Assembly (NCBI RefSeq): GCF_000006765.1
Contig: NC_002516.2
Source of the DNA: Pseudomonas aeruginosa PAO1
GTDB taxonomy: Bacteria; Pseudomonadota; Gammaproteobacteria; Pseudomonadales; Pseudomonadaceae
Reading direction: 5' to 3' (one strand)
Length of the DNA: 64,000 nt
Both the position numbers and the translations under genes were made by a program. The notes under the pieces were generated by a model. The model had not been told where the DNA came from. It was given only the letters and a program-made list of their open reading frames with translations, and did no database searches. Of the stretch, positions 1 through 10,796 are shown piece by piece (within the stretch, counting starts at the first letter, position 1; every line of letters starts with the position of its first letter).

Positions 1-1094
<1,094 letters not shown>

Positions 1095-1109
1095 AGAACA
1101 GCGAACGAA

Positions 1110-1137
1110 AAAAAGGCGATCCTTCGATCGCCTTTTT
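1110..1137. terminator. Bidirectional intrinsic terminator between dolP and sspB
   Basis: AAAAAGGCGATC-cttc-GATCGCCTTTTT, perfect 12-bp stem with T-tracts on both strands. Confidence 0.85.
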
Positions 1138-1150
1138 CATTGCTCGCCGT

Positions 1151-1564
1151 TTACTTGACCACCTTCAGGGATGGCCTGCCACTGGGACGCGGCGGCTCAT
1201 CGGACGGTCCGCCATCGTCATCGCCCGGCTCGTCGTCCACCGGACCCGGCTGCTCCAGATCGAAGACCATGCCCTGTCCGTTTTCCCGGGCGTAGATGGC
1301 CATTACCGCCAGCGCTGGAATGTACAGGCTCTGCGCCACGCCGCCGAAACGCCCCTCGAAGCTGACCGCCTCGTTGTCCATGTGCAGATGCCGCACGGCA
1401 GAGGGCGAGACATTGAGCACGATCTGCCCATCGCTGGCATAACCCGGAGGCACCTTTACCCCGGCGAACTCTGCGTTCACCAGGATATGTGGCGTGCAAT
1501 CGTTGTCGACGATCCATTCATAGAGCGCGCGGACCAGATAGGGACGGCTGGAATTCATCTTCAT
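1151..1564 (-). CDS. sspB: ClpXP adaptor, stringent starvation protein B
   Basis: SSRPYLVRALYEWIVDNDCTPH N-terminus, RPSLKVVK ClpX-binding tail. Confidence 0.95.
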   Translation of the reverse strand: MKMNSSRPYLVRALYEWIVDNDCTPHILVNAEFAGVKVPPGYASDGQIVLNVSPSAVRHLHMDNEAVSFEGRFGGVAQSLYIPALAVMAIYARENGQGMVFDLEQPGPVDDEPGDDDGGPSDEPPRPSGRPSLKVVK

Positions 1565-1569
1565 GTTCC

Positions 1570-2187
1570 TTAACGCATATCTCGTTCAACGGAAGACAGG
1601 CTGGCCCGGAAGCTTTCCCGGGCGAATCCGCGCTCCATGTAGTCGAGCAACGGCTTGGCCTGCCGCGGCAACTCGATGCCCAGCAACGGCAGACGCCAGA
1701 GGATCGGCAACAGGCAGCAATCCACCAGGCTGAAATCCTCGCTGAGGAAATATGCCTTGTCGGCGAACAGCGGGGAAACCCCGGTCAGGCTCTCGCGCAA
1801 CTCCTTGCGCGCCTGGACCCGCTCGGCCTCCTTGCTGCGCGCATCCAGGATCCGGTCCACCAGGGAACACCAGTCCCGCTGGATACGATGGATCAACAGG
1901 CGGCTGTTGGCACGCTTCACCGGATAATCGGGCAGCAGCGGCGGATGCGGATAGCGTTCGTCGAGGTATTCCATGACCACCGTCGGCTCGTACAGCGCCA
2001 GGTCGCGATCGACCAGGGTCGGTACGCTGCCGTAGGGGTTGACCTCCGCCAGCATCGGCGGACAGCGGCCCGCCTCGATATCGATCACCTCTACCGCCAC
2101 ATTCTTCTCGGCCAGGACCAGGCGGATGCGATGGCAGTAATGATCGGCAGGGTCGGAATAGCAGGTCAGCTTGTTGATTGAAGCCAT
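1570..2187 (-). CDS. sspA: Stringent starvation protein A (GST fold)
   Basis: [39 protein letters not shown]; upstream of sspB. Confidence 0.95.
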   Translation of the reverse strand: MASINKLTCYSDPADHYCHRIRLVLAEKNVAVEVIDIEAGRCPPMLAEVNPYGSVPTLVDRDLALYEPTVVMEYLDERYPHPPLLPDYPVKRANSRLLIHRIQRDWCSLVDRILDARSKEAERVQARKELRESLTGVSPLFADKAYFLSEDFSLVDCCLLPILWRLPLLGIELPRQAKPLLDYMERGFARESFRASLSSVERDMR

Positions 2188-2221
2188 GGAGCCCTCCTCG
2201 CAGGTCGACTTGTGGGAGGTG

Positions 2222-2252
2222 AAAAGACGCGCGCGCCCCGTAGGGCGCGCGC
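2222..2252 (-). terminator. Intrinsic terminator after petC
   Basis: GCGCGCGCCC-tacg-GGGCGCGCGC 10-bp stem followed by GTCTTTT on the minus strand. Confidence 0.7.
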
Positions 2253-2272
2253 TTCGAAGACCAACGTGCGGG

Positions 2273-3055
2273 TTAGTGCACGTCCTTCCAGTACTCGCGC
2301 TTGAGGAGATAGGCGAATACGAAGAAGAAGGCCAAGTAGAGCAGGACGTAGGTACCGATACGCTCGGAGGCCAGCTTGTTCGGGTTGGCCGAATAGGCCA
2401 GGAAGGTCACCAGGTTCTTGACCTTCTCGTCGAACTGGGCTTCGTTCAGCTCGCCGGTCTTCGGCACCACGGTCAACTGGTCACAAGCTTCGTGAGTCAG
2501 CGGGGTACCGGTCAACGGATCGAACTGCTTCTTGCCATCCTCGACCACCTGTACCTGCTTGCAGCCGATCACCTGGCGTCCCTGCAGGGGCGCCAGGACG
2601 TTCGGCATGCCGACGTTGGGGAAGATCACGTTGTTCACGCCCCACGGACGCTTGGGATCCTCGTAGAACGAGCGCAGGTAGCTGTACAGCCAGTCGGTGC
2701 CGCGTACGCGGGCAACCAGGGTCAGATCCGGCGGAGCGGCGCCGAACCAGGTCTTGGCGTCGGCCGGCTTCATGCCGATGTCCATGTGGTCGCCGATCTT
2801 GGCGCCGGTGAACACCAGCTTCTCCATCATCAGATCGGCAGGAATGCCCAGGTCGGTGGCGACACGCTCGTAACGCTGGAACTTGGCGCTATGGCAGCCC
2901 ATGCAGTAGTTGGCGAAGGTACGCGCGCCATCCTGCATGGCCGCCTTGTCGGTCAGGTCGATATCGACATGATCCAGTTGCGGCCCATGGCCGCCAGCGG
3001 CGAAACCCAGGACTGGCAGTACCGCCAGAATCAGTGCAGCGAATTGCTTTTTCAT
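2273..3055 (-). CDS. petC: Cytochrome c1 of the bc1 complex; start moved to MKKQF
   Basis: CMGCH heme motif, signal peptide, C-terminal TM helix, ATGA overlap with the petB stop at 3055. Confidence 0.95.
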   Translation of the reverse strand: MKKQFAALILAVLPVLGFAAGGHGPQLDHVDIDLTDKAAMQDGARTFANYCMGCHSAKFQRYERVATDLGIPADLMMEKLVFTGAKIGDHMDIGMKPADAKTWFGAAPPDLTLVARVRGTDWLYSYLRSFYEDPKRPWGVNNVIFPNVGMPNVLAPLQGRQVIGCKQVQVVEDGKKQFDPLTGTPLTHEACDQLTVVPKTGELNEAQFDEKVKNLVTFLAYSANPNKLASERIGTYVLLYLAFFFVFAYLLKREYWKDVH

Positions 3056-4266
3056 CAGCCAGTCACCCTTTCCGGAACCGGTTTGGTCTTCTCCATCCGG
3101 GTGTAGAACGGCATCAGGATGAAGAAGGCGAAATACAGGACGGTGCAAACGCGCGACAGGGTAGTACCCAGCGGGCTCGGAGCCTGGGCGCCGTAGTAGC
3201 CGAGGATCACGAAGGACACCGCGAAGATCACCAGCCACAGCTTGCTCAGCCAGCCCTTGTAGCGGATCGAGCGAACCGGGCTGCGATCCAGCCACGGCAG
3301 GACGAACAGCACAGCGATCGCCGCACCCATCGCCACCACGCCCATCAGCTTGTCCGGAACCGCGCGGAGGATCGCGTAGAACGGGGTGAAGTACCAGACC
3401 GGAGCGATGTGCTCGGGGGTCTTGAACTGGTTGGCCATCTCGAAGTTGGGCTTCTCGAGGAAGTAGCCGCCCATTTCCGGGAAGAAGAAGATCACGGTGC
3501 AGAAGATGAACAGGAACACCACCACGCCGACGATGTCCTTCACGGTGTAGTACGGATGGAACGCGATGCCGTCCAGCGGTACGCCGTTCTCGTCCTTCTT
3601 CTTCTTGATGTCAACGCCGTCCGGGTTGTTCGAACCGACTTCGTGCAGCGCCAGGATGTGCAGCACGACCAGGCCGAGCAGGACGATCGGCAGGGCGATC
3701 ACATGCAAGGCGAAGAAGCGGTTCAGGGTGATGCCGGAGATCAGGAAGTCACCGCGGATCCACTGGGCCAGGTCTTCGCCGACCACCGGAATCGCGCCGA
3801 ACAGGGAAATGATCACCTGGGCGCCCCAGTAGGACATCTGACCCCAAGGCAGCAGGTAGCCCATGAAGGCCTCGGCCATCAGCGCCAGGTAGATCAGCAT
3901 GCCGAAGATCCACACCAGCTCGCGCGGCTTCTGATAGGAGCCGTAGAGCAGGCCGCGGAACATGTGCAGGTAGACCACGATGAAGAACGCCGATGCACCG
4001 GTGGAGTGCATGTAGCGAATGATCCAGCCGTAGTCGACATCGCGCATGATGTATTCGACGGAAGCGAACGCCTCTTCGGCCGACGGCGTGAAGCTCATGG
4101 TCAGCCAGATGCCGGTGAGGATCTGGTTGACCAGCACCAGCAGCGCCAGGGAGCCGAAGAAATACCAGAAGTTGAAGTTCTTCGGTGCGTAGTACTTGCT
4201 CAGATGGTCTTCCCACATCTTGGTCGCGGGAAAACGCGCATCGACCCAAGCCATGAACTTGTTCAT
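3055..4266 (-). CDS. petB: Cytochrome b of the bc1 complex
   Basis: LPWGQMSYWGAQVI, heme-ligand His (YMHSTGAS, YLHMFRG, ALHV, VLHI), TPEHIAPVWY (PEWY variant). Confidence 0.97.
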   Translation of the reverse strand: MNKFMAWVDARFPATKMWEDHLSKYYAPKNFNFWYFFGSLALLVLVNQILTGIWLTMSFTPSAEEAFASVEYIMRDVDYGWIIRYMHSTGASAFFIVVYLHMFRGLLYGSYQKPRELVWIFGMLIYLALMAEAFMGYLLPWGQMSYWGAQVIISLFGAIPVVGEDLAQWIRGDFLISGITLNRFFALHVIALPIVLLGLVVLHILALHEVGSNNPDGVDIKKKKDENGVPLDGIAFHPYYTVKDIVGVVVFLFIFCTVIFFFPEMGGYFLEKPNFEMANQFKTPEHIAPVWYFTPFYAILRAVPDKLMGVVAMGAAIAVLFVLPWLDRSPVRSIRYKGWLSKLWLVIFAVSFVILGYYGAQAPSPLGTTLSRVCTVLYFAFFILMPFYTRMEKTKPVPERVTG

Positions 4267-4859
4267 CAGGCTTTCTCCTGGTCCACGCCGATGGTGATGA
4301 CGTCGTCAGCATCGAACGTATAAGGCGGAATCGGCAGGTTCAGCGGCGCTGGCTGGCCTTTGTAGACACGACCGGCGAGGTCGTAGTGGGAGCCGTGGCA
4401 AGGGCAGAAGTAGCCGCCCTTCCAGTCCGGGCCGAGGTCGGCGGGGGCGACTTCGGGACGGAAGGTCGGCGAGCAGCCCAGGTGGGTGCAGATGCCGACG
4501 ATCACCGCCAGTTCCGGCTTGATCGAGCGAAGCTTGGGATCGACGTACTCCGGCTGCTCCGAGGCCTTGGAGTCCGGGTCGGCCAGTTGTCCTTCGAGGC
4601 TCGGCAGGGCGTCCAGCATCTCCTTCGTGCGGTGCACGATGAATACAGGCTTGCCGCGCCATTCAGCGATGATCTGCTGACCTGGATCGATCTTGCCCAC
4701 GTTCACCTGCACCGGCGCGCCAGCAGCCTTGGCTTTGGCACTGGGGAACCATGACCCTACGAACGGGACCGCAGCACCCACCGCTCCCGCCGCGCCAACC
4801 ACAGAGGTGGCCGCGACGAGGAAGCGACGCCGGCCTGCATTCACGCCGTCATTACTCAT
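4266..4859 (-). CDS. petA: Rieske iron-sulfur subunit of the bc1 complex
   Basis: Tat motif RRRFL, CTHLGC and CPCHGS Rieske boxes. Confidence 0.97.
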   Translation of the reverse strand: MSNDGVNAGRRRFLVAATSVVGAAGAVGAAVPFVGSWFPSAKAKAAGAPVQVNVGKIDPGQQIIAEWRGKPVFIVHRTKEMLDALPSLEGQLADPDSKASEQPEYVDPKLRSIKPELAVIVGICTHLGCSPTFRPEVAPADLGPDWKGGYFCPCHGSHYDLAGRVYKGQPAPLNLPIPPYTFDADDVITIGVDQEKA

Positions 4860-4939
4860 TCAGTCGTCTCCCATCAGCTTCAGACCTGTTCTAATCAGGC
4901 CTTTAAGTAAAAATTCGAGCCGCGCAAAAAATTCGCCAA

Positions 4940-4968
4940 ATGGTAAAGAAAACCCCCTTTGATGACAA
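4940..4968 (-). promoter_or_regulatory. Sigma70-type promoter for petABC
   Basis: Minus strand TTGTCA (4963-4968), 17 bp, TACCAT (4940-4945). Confidence 0.65.
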
Positions 4969-5058
4969 GGTAATAGCCTGACACAAAACGCCCGAAACCC
5001 TTGTAGGGCGCGCCCTTCGGCCATGCGACACCTTGCCGCAGAGTTAAAGCGTAGACAT

Positions 5059-5094
5059 AAAAAAACGCCCAGCTCCGAAGAGGTGGGCGTTTTT
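5059..5094 (-). terminator. Intrinsic terminator after rpsI
   Basis: AAAAACGCCCA...TGGGCGTTTTT stem with a T-tract on the minus strand. Confidence 0.8.
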
Positions 5095-5108
5095 CAGCAA
5101 GCGTCGAA

Positions 5109-5501
5109 TTAACGCTTGGAGTACTGCGGACGCTTACGCGCTTTACGCAGACCGACTTTCTTACGCTCGACTTCACGGGCATCGCGAGTCACGTAGCCGG
5201 CCTTGCGCAGCGAGCTACGCAGGGTTTCGTCGTACTCGATCAGGGCACGGGTGATGCCGTGACGGATCGCACCGGCCTGACCGCTTACGCCACCGCCAAC
5301 GACGGTAACGAAGATGTCGAACTTCTCGACGGTCTCGGTCAGCTCGAGCGGCTGACGCACGACCATGCGAGCGGTTTCACGACCGAAGAACTGATCGAGA
5401 CCACGGTTGTTGATGGAAATCTTGCCAGTACCCGGACGCAGGAAGACGCGAGCGGTAGCGGTCTTACGACGGCCAGTGCCGTAATTTTGAGTCGCCGACA
5501 T
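5109..5501 (-). CDS. rpsI: 30S ribosomal protein S9
   Basis: [36 protein letters not shown]. Confidence 0.99.
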   Translation of the reverse strand: MSATQNYGTGRRKTATARVFLRPGTGKISINNRGLDQFFGRETARMVVRQPLELTETVEKFDIFVTVVGGGVSGQAGAIRHGITRALIEYDETLRSSLRKAGYVTRDAREVERKKVGLRKARKRPQYSKR

Positions 5502-5515
5502 AATGAGCTATCCCG

Positions 5516-5944
5516 TTAAATCTTCAGTTCTTGGGGCTGCTGAGCGGTGTGCGGGTGGCTGGCACCCTTGTACACCTTCAGCTTGCGATACATATCGCGA
5601 CCCAGAGGGTTCTTCGGCAGCATGCCTTTTACAGCGGTCTCGATGACGCGCTCAGGGGCCTTGGCGATCAGCTTCTCGAAGTTGATCGACTTGATGCCGC
5701 CCGGGAAGCCGGAGTGGTGGTAGTACATCTTGTCGGTGGTCTTGGCACCGGTCACACGCACCTGCTCGGCGTTGATGACGACGATGTAGTCGCCGGTGTC
5801 AACGTGCGGAGTGTACTCAGGCTTGTGCTTGCCACGCAGGCGGCGGGCAATTTCGGTCGCCAGACGACCCAGGGTCTGGCCGGCAGCGTCGACGACGAAC
5901 CAGTCGCGCTGTACAGTTTCCGGTTTCGCGGTATAGGTTTTCAT
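5516..5944 (-). CDS. rplM: 50S ribosomal protein L13
   Basis: [39 protein letters not shown]. Confidence 0.99.
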
Positions 5945-5984
5945 TCGTTATAGCCTCAGGGGCCGCCTGAAAATAAGACGGCGA

Positions 5985-6013
5985 ATCTTACTGGACAGTG
6001 GTTGCCTTGACAA
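5985..6013 (-). promoter_or_regulatory. Proximal sigma70 promoter candidate for rplM-rpsI
   Basis: TTGTCA (6008-6013), 17 bp, TAAGAT (5985-5990), followed by a GC-rich discriminator. Confidence 0.55.
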
Positions 6014-6126
6014 GTCAAGGACAGCCGAAAACAGACACGAATTGGGGCTCGGGTCGGTGTGCGTCCGTAACGACTAGATACATCGATCGGCAGGCTTGGC
6101 ATCCCCCACCGATGAAAGGCTGCGGA

Positions 6127-6154
6127 ATTATGCAGATTTCGCCAGAATTTACAA
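6127..6154 (-). promoter_or_regulatory. Distal sigma70 promoter candidate for rplM-rpsI
   Basis: TTGTAA (6149-6154), 16 bp, CATAAT (6127-6132), then GC-rich TCCGCAGCC as in stringently controlled promoters. Confidence 0.5.
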
Positions 6155-6189
6155 CCGCATTAACCACTTAATTTCACGAGGACACCCGC

Positions 6190-7227
6190 ATGGAGTATCG
6201 CCCGCTCGGCCGCACCGACCTGAAAGTCAGCGCCCTCTGCCTCGGCACCATGACCTGGGGCGAGCAGAACAGCGAGCAGGACGCCTTCGCCCAGATCGCC
6301 AGGGCCAAGGCCGCCGGGATCAATTTCATGGATACCGCCGAAATGTATCCGGTGCCGCCCCGCGCCGAGACCTACGCCAGCACCGAGCGCATCATCGGCA
6401 ACTGGTTCCGCCGCAGCGGCGACCGCGCCGACTGGATCCTCGCCAGCAAGATCGCCGGCCCCGGCAACGGCATCAGCCATGTGCGCGACGGCAACCTCAA
6501 GTTCAACCGCCAGCACATCGTCGCCGCCCTCGATGCCAGCCTGGAGCGCCTGCAGACAGACTGGCTGGACCTCTACCAGTTGCACTGGCCGGAGCGGCGG
6601 ACCAACTTCTTCGGCCAGCTCGGCTACCAGCACCAGGAAGAGAGCTTCACACCGCTGGAGGAAACCCTGGAAGTGCTCGACGAGCAGGTGCGCGCCGGCA
6701 AGATCCGCCACATCGGCCTGTCCAACGAGACGCCCTGGGGCACCATGACCTTCCTCAGGCTCGCCGAGGAGCGCGGCTGGCCGCGCGCGGTATCGATCCA
6801 GAACCCCTACAACCTGCTCAACCGCAGCTTCGAGGTGGGCCTGGCGGAAATCGCCATCCGCGAGCAGTGCGGCCTGTTGGCCTACTCGCCGATGGCCTTC
6901 GGCATGCTTTCCGGCAAGTACGCGGACGGCGCCCGCCCGGCCAACGCGCGCATCAGCCTCTACAGTCGCTTCACCCGCTACACCAACCCGCAGGCGGAAG
7001 CGGCCTGCGCGCGCTACGTGGCGCTGGCCCGCGAACATGGACTGGAACCGGCGCAGATGGCACTGGCCTACGTCACTTCGCGGCCGTTCGTGACCAGCAA
7101 CATCATCGGCGCGACCTCGCTGGAACAGCTGGAAACCAATCTCGGCAGCGTCGACCTGAGGCTGGACGAGGAGGTGCTCGCCGGTATCGATGCGATCCAC
7201 CGGGAGCAACCGAACCCGGCTCCCTGA
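6190..7227 (+). CDS. NADP(H)-dependent aldo-keto reductase, Tas family (PA4434-like)
   Basis: LCLGTMTWG, DTAEMYPVP, DLYQLHWP, GLSNETPWG, SIQNPYNLLNR. Confidence 0.9.
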   Translation: MEYRPLGRTDLKVSALCLGTMTWGEQNSEQDAFAQIARAKAAGINFMDTAEMYPVPPRAETYASTERIIGNWFRRSGDRADWILASKIAGPGNGISHVRDGNLKFNRQHIVAALDASLERLQTDWLDLYQLHWPERRTNFFGQLGYQHQEESFTPLEETLEVLDEQVRAGKIRHIGLSNETPWGTMTFLRLAEERGWPRAVSIQNPYNLLNRSFEVGLAEIAIREQCGLLAYSPMAFGMLSGKYADGARPANARISLYSRFTRYTNPQAEAACARYVALAREHGLEPAQMALAYVTSRPFVTSNIIGATSLEQLETNLGSVDLRLDEEVLAGIDAIHREQPNPAP

Positions 7228-7259
7228 GGCTCCAGGGGCCTGGCGGTGCCGGCGGGTTC

Positions 7260-7293
7260 GGCGGACAACCGCGCGATGCGGTCGTTCGCCCCT
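7260..7293. repeat. Degenerate GTAG-family REP-like palindrome between convergent genes
   Basis: GGCGGACAACCGC-gcgat-GCGGTCGTTCGCCCCT; resembles the REP at 57909. Confidence 0.55.
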
Positions 7294-7312
7294 CCCGGTG
7301 GCCAGGAGCGCC

Positions 7313-8449
7313 TCACAGGGCCCGCGCGATGATCTCCTTCATGATCTCGTTGGTACCGGCGTAGATCCGCTGTACCCGGGCATCGGCCCAGGCCCGCGCC
7401 ACCGGATATTCCCACATGAAGCCGTAGCCGCCGTGCAACTGCACGCATTCGTCGAGCACCTTGCATTGCAGGTCCGTCGTCCAGTACTTGCACATGGCGG
7501 CGGTGGGTACGTCCAGCTTGCCCTGGAGATGCAGCTCCATGCAGCGATCGACGAAGACCCGGCCGACCTGGATCTCGGTAGCCATCTCGGCAAGCTTGAA
7601 GCGGGTATTCTGGAAGTCCGCCACCGACTTGCCGAACGCCTTGCGCTCGCGAGTGTAGTCGAGCGTCCATTGCAGGGCCGCCTCGGCCGACGCCAGCGCG
7701 CCGATACCGACGGTCAGGCGCTCCTGCGGCAGCTCCTGCATCAGGTAGATGAATCCCTGGCCGTCCTTGCCGAGCAGGTTCTCCCGGGGAATCCGCACAT
7801 CCTGGAAGAACAGCTCGGAGGTGTCCTGGGCCTTCATCCCGACCTTCTCCAGGCGCTTGCCCTTGCTGAAGCCCGGCGTACCCGCCTCGACCACGAACAG
7901 GCTTATGCCCTTGGCGCCAGCCTTCGGATCGGTCTTCGCCACCACGATCACCAGGTCGGCGAGGAAGCCGTTGGTGATGAAGGTCTTCGAGCCATTGATG
8001 ACGTACTCGTCGCCATCCAGTACCGCCGTGGTCTTCACCCCTTGCAGGTCGGAACCGGCCCCCGGCTCGGTCATGGCGATGGCCGCGACCATCTCGCCGG
8101 ATACCAGCTTCGGCAGGTACTTGCGCTTCAGCGCCTCGCTGCCGTAGTGGAGGATGTAGGGCGCAGCGATGTCCGAATGCAGGGAGAAACCGATCCCGGT
8201 CAGGCCGGCCCGACCGATCTCTTCGATGACCACGGCGCTGTAGAGGAAGTCCGCGCCCATCCCGCCATACTCTTCCGGCAGGTGCGAACAGAGCATTCCG
8301 GCCTCGCCGGCCTTGTTCCAGAGCGCGCGGTCGACATGCCCATCCTTTTCCCATTGGTGATGGAAAGGCACGGCTTCCTGTTCGAGGAACTTGCGCACGC
8401 TGTCGCGAAACAGTTCGTGGTCGGAGCTGAACAGGGTTCTCGGTATCAT
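7313..8449 (-). CDS. Acyl-CoA dehydrogenase (PA4435-like); start at MIPRTLF
   Basis: AMTEPGAGSDLQG, NGSKTFITNG, QLHGGYGFMWEYPV, RIYAGTNEIMK. Confidence 0.93.
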   Translation of the reverse strand: MIPRTLFSSDHELFRDSVRKFLEQEAVPFHHQWEKDGHVDRALWNKAGEAGMLCSHLPEEYGGMGADFLYSAVVIEEIGRAGLTGIGFSLHSDIAAPYILHYGSEALKRKYLPKLVSGEMVAAIAMTEPGAGSDLQGVKTTAVLDGDEYVINGSKTFITNGFLADLVIVVAKTDPKAGAKGISLFVVEAGTPGFSKGKRLEKVGMKAQDTSELFFQDVRIPRENLLGKDGQGFIYLMQELPQERLTVGIGALASAEAALQWTLDYTRERKAFGKSVADFQNTRFKLAEMATEIQVGRVFVDRCMELHLQGKLDVPTAAMCKYWTTDLQCKVLDECVQLHGGYGFMWEYPVARAWADARVQRIYAGTNEIMKEIIARAL

Positions 8450-8612
8450 CGTGGTCACCTGGAAACGGTCTGGGATCGGGTTGGCTGCACGCGGCAGGTC
8501 TTCGACTGTAGGGAAATGCCCCGACCGACGCACTGGACAGTTGCGCCAAAAAATAAGACGATCCAGCCGCCTTTTGACCGCTTTCCCTTACTCACAACAA
8601 CGATAAAAATCC

Positions 8613-9611
8613 ATGCGCGCTCAATCCGCTCCGGTGCTGAAACATGTCGGCATCGTCGCCATCGACGGCGTCTTCGCCTCGACCCTGATGCAGGCCAAGG
8701 ACTTCTTCCACATGGCCAGCCTGCGCCACGGCAAGCAGCAGGGCCTCGGTCTCCAGCCGGCCTTCCGCACCCGCATCCTCAGCCCCGACGGCCAGCCGGT
8801 ACGCAGCTTCAGCGGCGACAGCATCGCCGTCGACGGTCCCCTCGCCGCCTGCGATATCGTGGTCCTGCCCGCCTTCTGGGGCGACTTCGACGCGCTCGAA
8901 CGGCGCTATCCGCAAATCGTTCCCTGGTTGCGCCGCAGCCATGCCGAGGGAACCGCCCTCTGCGGCGAGGCGACCGGGGTTTTCTGGCTGGCCCAGGCAG
9001 GCCTGCTGGATGGCAAGGAAGCGACCACCTACTGGCGCTTCTATCGGGAATTCGCCGAACGCTTCCCGAACGTGCTGCTCAACCAGGAGAAGCACCTGAC
9101 TGATGCCGACGACCTGTTCTGCGCCAGCGGCGTCACCTCCGCCTGCGACCTCTACATCTATCTGATCGAGCGTTTCTGCGGCGGATCGGTGGCCCAGGCG
9201 GTGGCCCGGGATACCCTCTACGAAGTACAGCGCAGCTACACCCCAGGGCGTATCGGCTTCGGCGGACAAAAGCTGCACCATGACCCGACGATCCTGCAGA
9301 TCCAGCAATGGCTGGAAGACCACTTCGCCGACAAGTTCCGTTTCGAGGACGTCGCCCGCGACCACGGCATGAGCATCCGCAACTTCATGCGGCGCTTCCA
9401 GGCCGCTACCGGCGACAAGCCGCTGCACTACCTGCAGCGACTGCGGATCGAGACCGCCAAGGGCATGCTCTCGAGCACGCGCAAGAGCATCAAGACGATC
9501 AGCTACGAGGTCGGCTACGACGACGCCAGCTTCTTCGCCCGCCTGTTCCGCCAGCACACCGAACTCTCTCCCCACCATTACCGTCGCCAGTTCATGCAGA
9601 AGGAAAGCTGA
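8613..9611 (+). CDS. GlxA-family AraC transcriptional regulator with an N-terminal DJ-1/PfpI-like domain (PA4436-like)
   Basis: LAQAGLLDGKEATTYW N-terminal domain; C-terminal double HTH (MSIRNFMRRF, VGYDDASFFARLF). Confidence 0.9.
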   Translation: MRAQSAPVLKHVGIVAIDGVFASTLMQAKDFFHMASLRHGKQQGLGLQPAFRTRILSPDGQPVRSFSGDSIAVDGPLAACDIVVLPAFWGDFDALERRYPQIVPWLRRSHAEGTALCGEATGVFWLAQAGLLDGKEATTYWRFYREFAERFPNVLLNQEKHLTDADDLFCASGVTSACDLYIYLIERFCGGSVAQAVARDTLYEVQRSYTPGRIGFGGQKLHHDPTILQIQQWLEDHFADKFRFEDVARDHGMSIRNFMRRFQAATGDKPLHYLQRLRIETAKGMLSSTRKSIKTISYEVGYDDASFFARLFRQHTELSPHHYRRQFMQKES

Positions 9612-9769
9612 GCCGGACATCGCCGGGCCTGCCCGAACGGCATCGGCGCCGGCGCTTTCCCTACAGAACCTAGGATAGGTAGCCAGGTCGGCCTTCGCGG
9701 GTTCTCATGAATCCGCAGGCCCGCCGCAGACGCGGGCGTTCCGAACAACGACAAGAACGGACCTTTGCC

Positions 9770-10732
9770 ATGCGCCTTTATCTGCTCGCCTTCCTGGCCC
9801 TCTTCGGTATGAATGCTATGGCCGCCGACAACTGGAAAGCCTTCCCCTACGACCAGAGCGCCTATGACTATCCAGGCGACAAGTTGAAGGAAGCCTGGCC
9901 GCGCCTGACCCGCGGCTTCGGCGACTATCCCTATCCGGACGCCGACTGGGTGGTGAACATGGCGACCGCCCATCCGGATGCCCTGGAAAAGACCGTGAAG
10001 GCCGGCACCGGCTTCACCGGCAAGCCGGAAGAGGCCGCGCAATATGCGGCGCGCCTGCAGGATGTCTGGCGCCTGCTGTTCCGCGGCGACTACGCCAAGG
10101 CCAAGGAGCAGGGACTGGCCCTGGGAGTCGGCGGCCAGGTACCGGCGATGTTCGCCCAGGTGCTCTACGCCATGTTCCTGGCTCCCGGCCAGGCGGAGAA
10201 ACAGCGCCTGCTCGAAGAGGTCATCGACTACACCGAACAGGCCGGCCCGCTGGTCAAGGCCGATATCGTCGCCCAGTTCGGCAGCGTCTACGCCAAGGCG
10301 CGCCTGGCCGAGGAGCTATCGGTACCGGTAGTGCTCAAGCGCGGCTATACCAGCGAGATACCCAAGGAACTGGACGCCCTCCTGGCCAGGCAACCCAACC
10401 AGCCGTTCGCCCTGGCGCTCTACGGCGGCTACGAGGCGGGAGTGATCCGCAAGGTCGGCAAGCTGGTCGGCAAGATGACCTACGGGGTCAGCGCCGACAA
10501 GATGGAACAGTACTTCGCCCGCTCCTTCCGCCAGGCCAACGACCTGCCGATCGGCCACTACGAGTACGCCAACGCGCTGACCTACGTATACGGCGACGAC
10601 GAGCGGGAGAAGGCCATCGCCCAACTGAAGCAGGCCGTGGCGATCAAGCCGATCAACGCCATGGAAGCCCTCGAAGTGGCCCATGCGAAGAAGCTCCTCG
10701 CCGGCTTCGAGCAGAACACCGCGCAGCGCTGA
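9770..10732 (+). CDS. Exported alpha-helical / TPR-like protein of unknown function (PA4437-like); start at MRLYLL
   Basis: Signal peptide MRLYLLAFLALFGMNAMA, amphipathic helical repeats, Pseudomonas-like codon usage. Confidence 0.8.
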   Translation: MRLYLLAFLALFGMNAMAADNWKAFPYDQSAYDYPGDKLKEAWPRLTRGFGDYPYPDADWVVNMATAHPDALEKTVKAGTGFTGKPEEAAQYAARLQDVWRLLFRGDYAKAKEQGLALGVGGQVPAMFAQVLYAMFLAPGQAEKQRLLEEVIDYTEQAGPLVKADIVAQFGSVYAKARLAEELSVPVVLKRGYTSEIPKELDALLARQPNQPFALALYGGYEAGVIRKVGKLVGKMTYGVSADKMEQYFARSFRQANDLPIGHYEYANALTYVYGDDEREKAIAQLKQAVAIKPINAMEALEVAHAKKLLAGFEQNTAQR

Positions 10733-10751
10733 AACGCCGCGCGTCCATGAA

Positions 10752-10780
10752 AAAAGGGGTTGCCATCGGCAACCCCTTTC
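10752..10780. terminator. Bidirectional terminator between the PA4437-like gene and zapE
   Basis: AAAAGGGGTTGCC-atc-GGCAACCCCTTTT, perfect 13-bp stem. Confidence 0.85.
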
Positions 10781-10796
10781 TCGTTTCCGCCCCGGA

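Noticed and set aside
4955-4975. TTGAT half-site upstream of petA as an Anr box
   Set aside because: The second half-site (ATCAA at N4) is absent; the sequence is better explained as the -35
7190-9103. 637-aa plus-strand ORF spanning the acyl-CoA dehydrogenase and regulator
   Set aside because: Composite of an antisense shadow and an off-frame Arg/Pro-rich region
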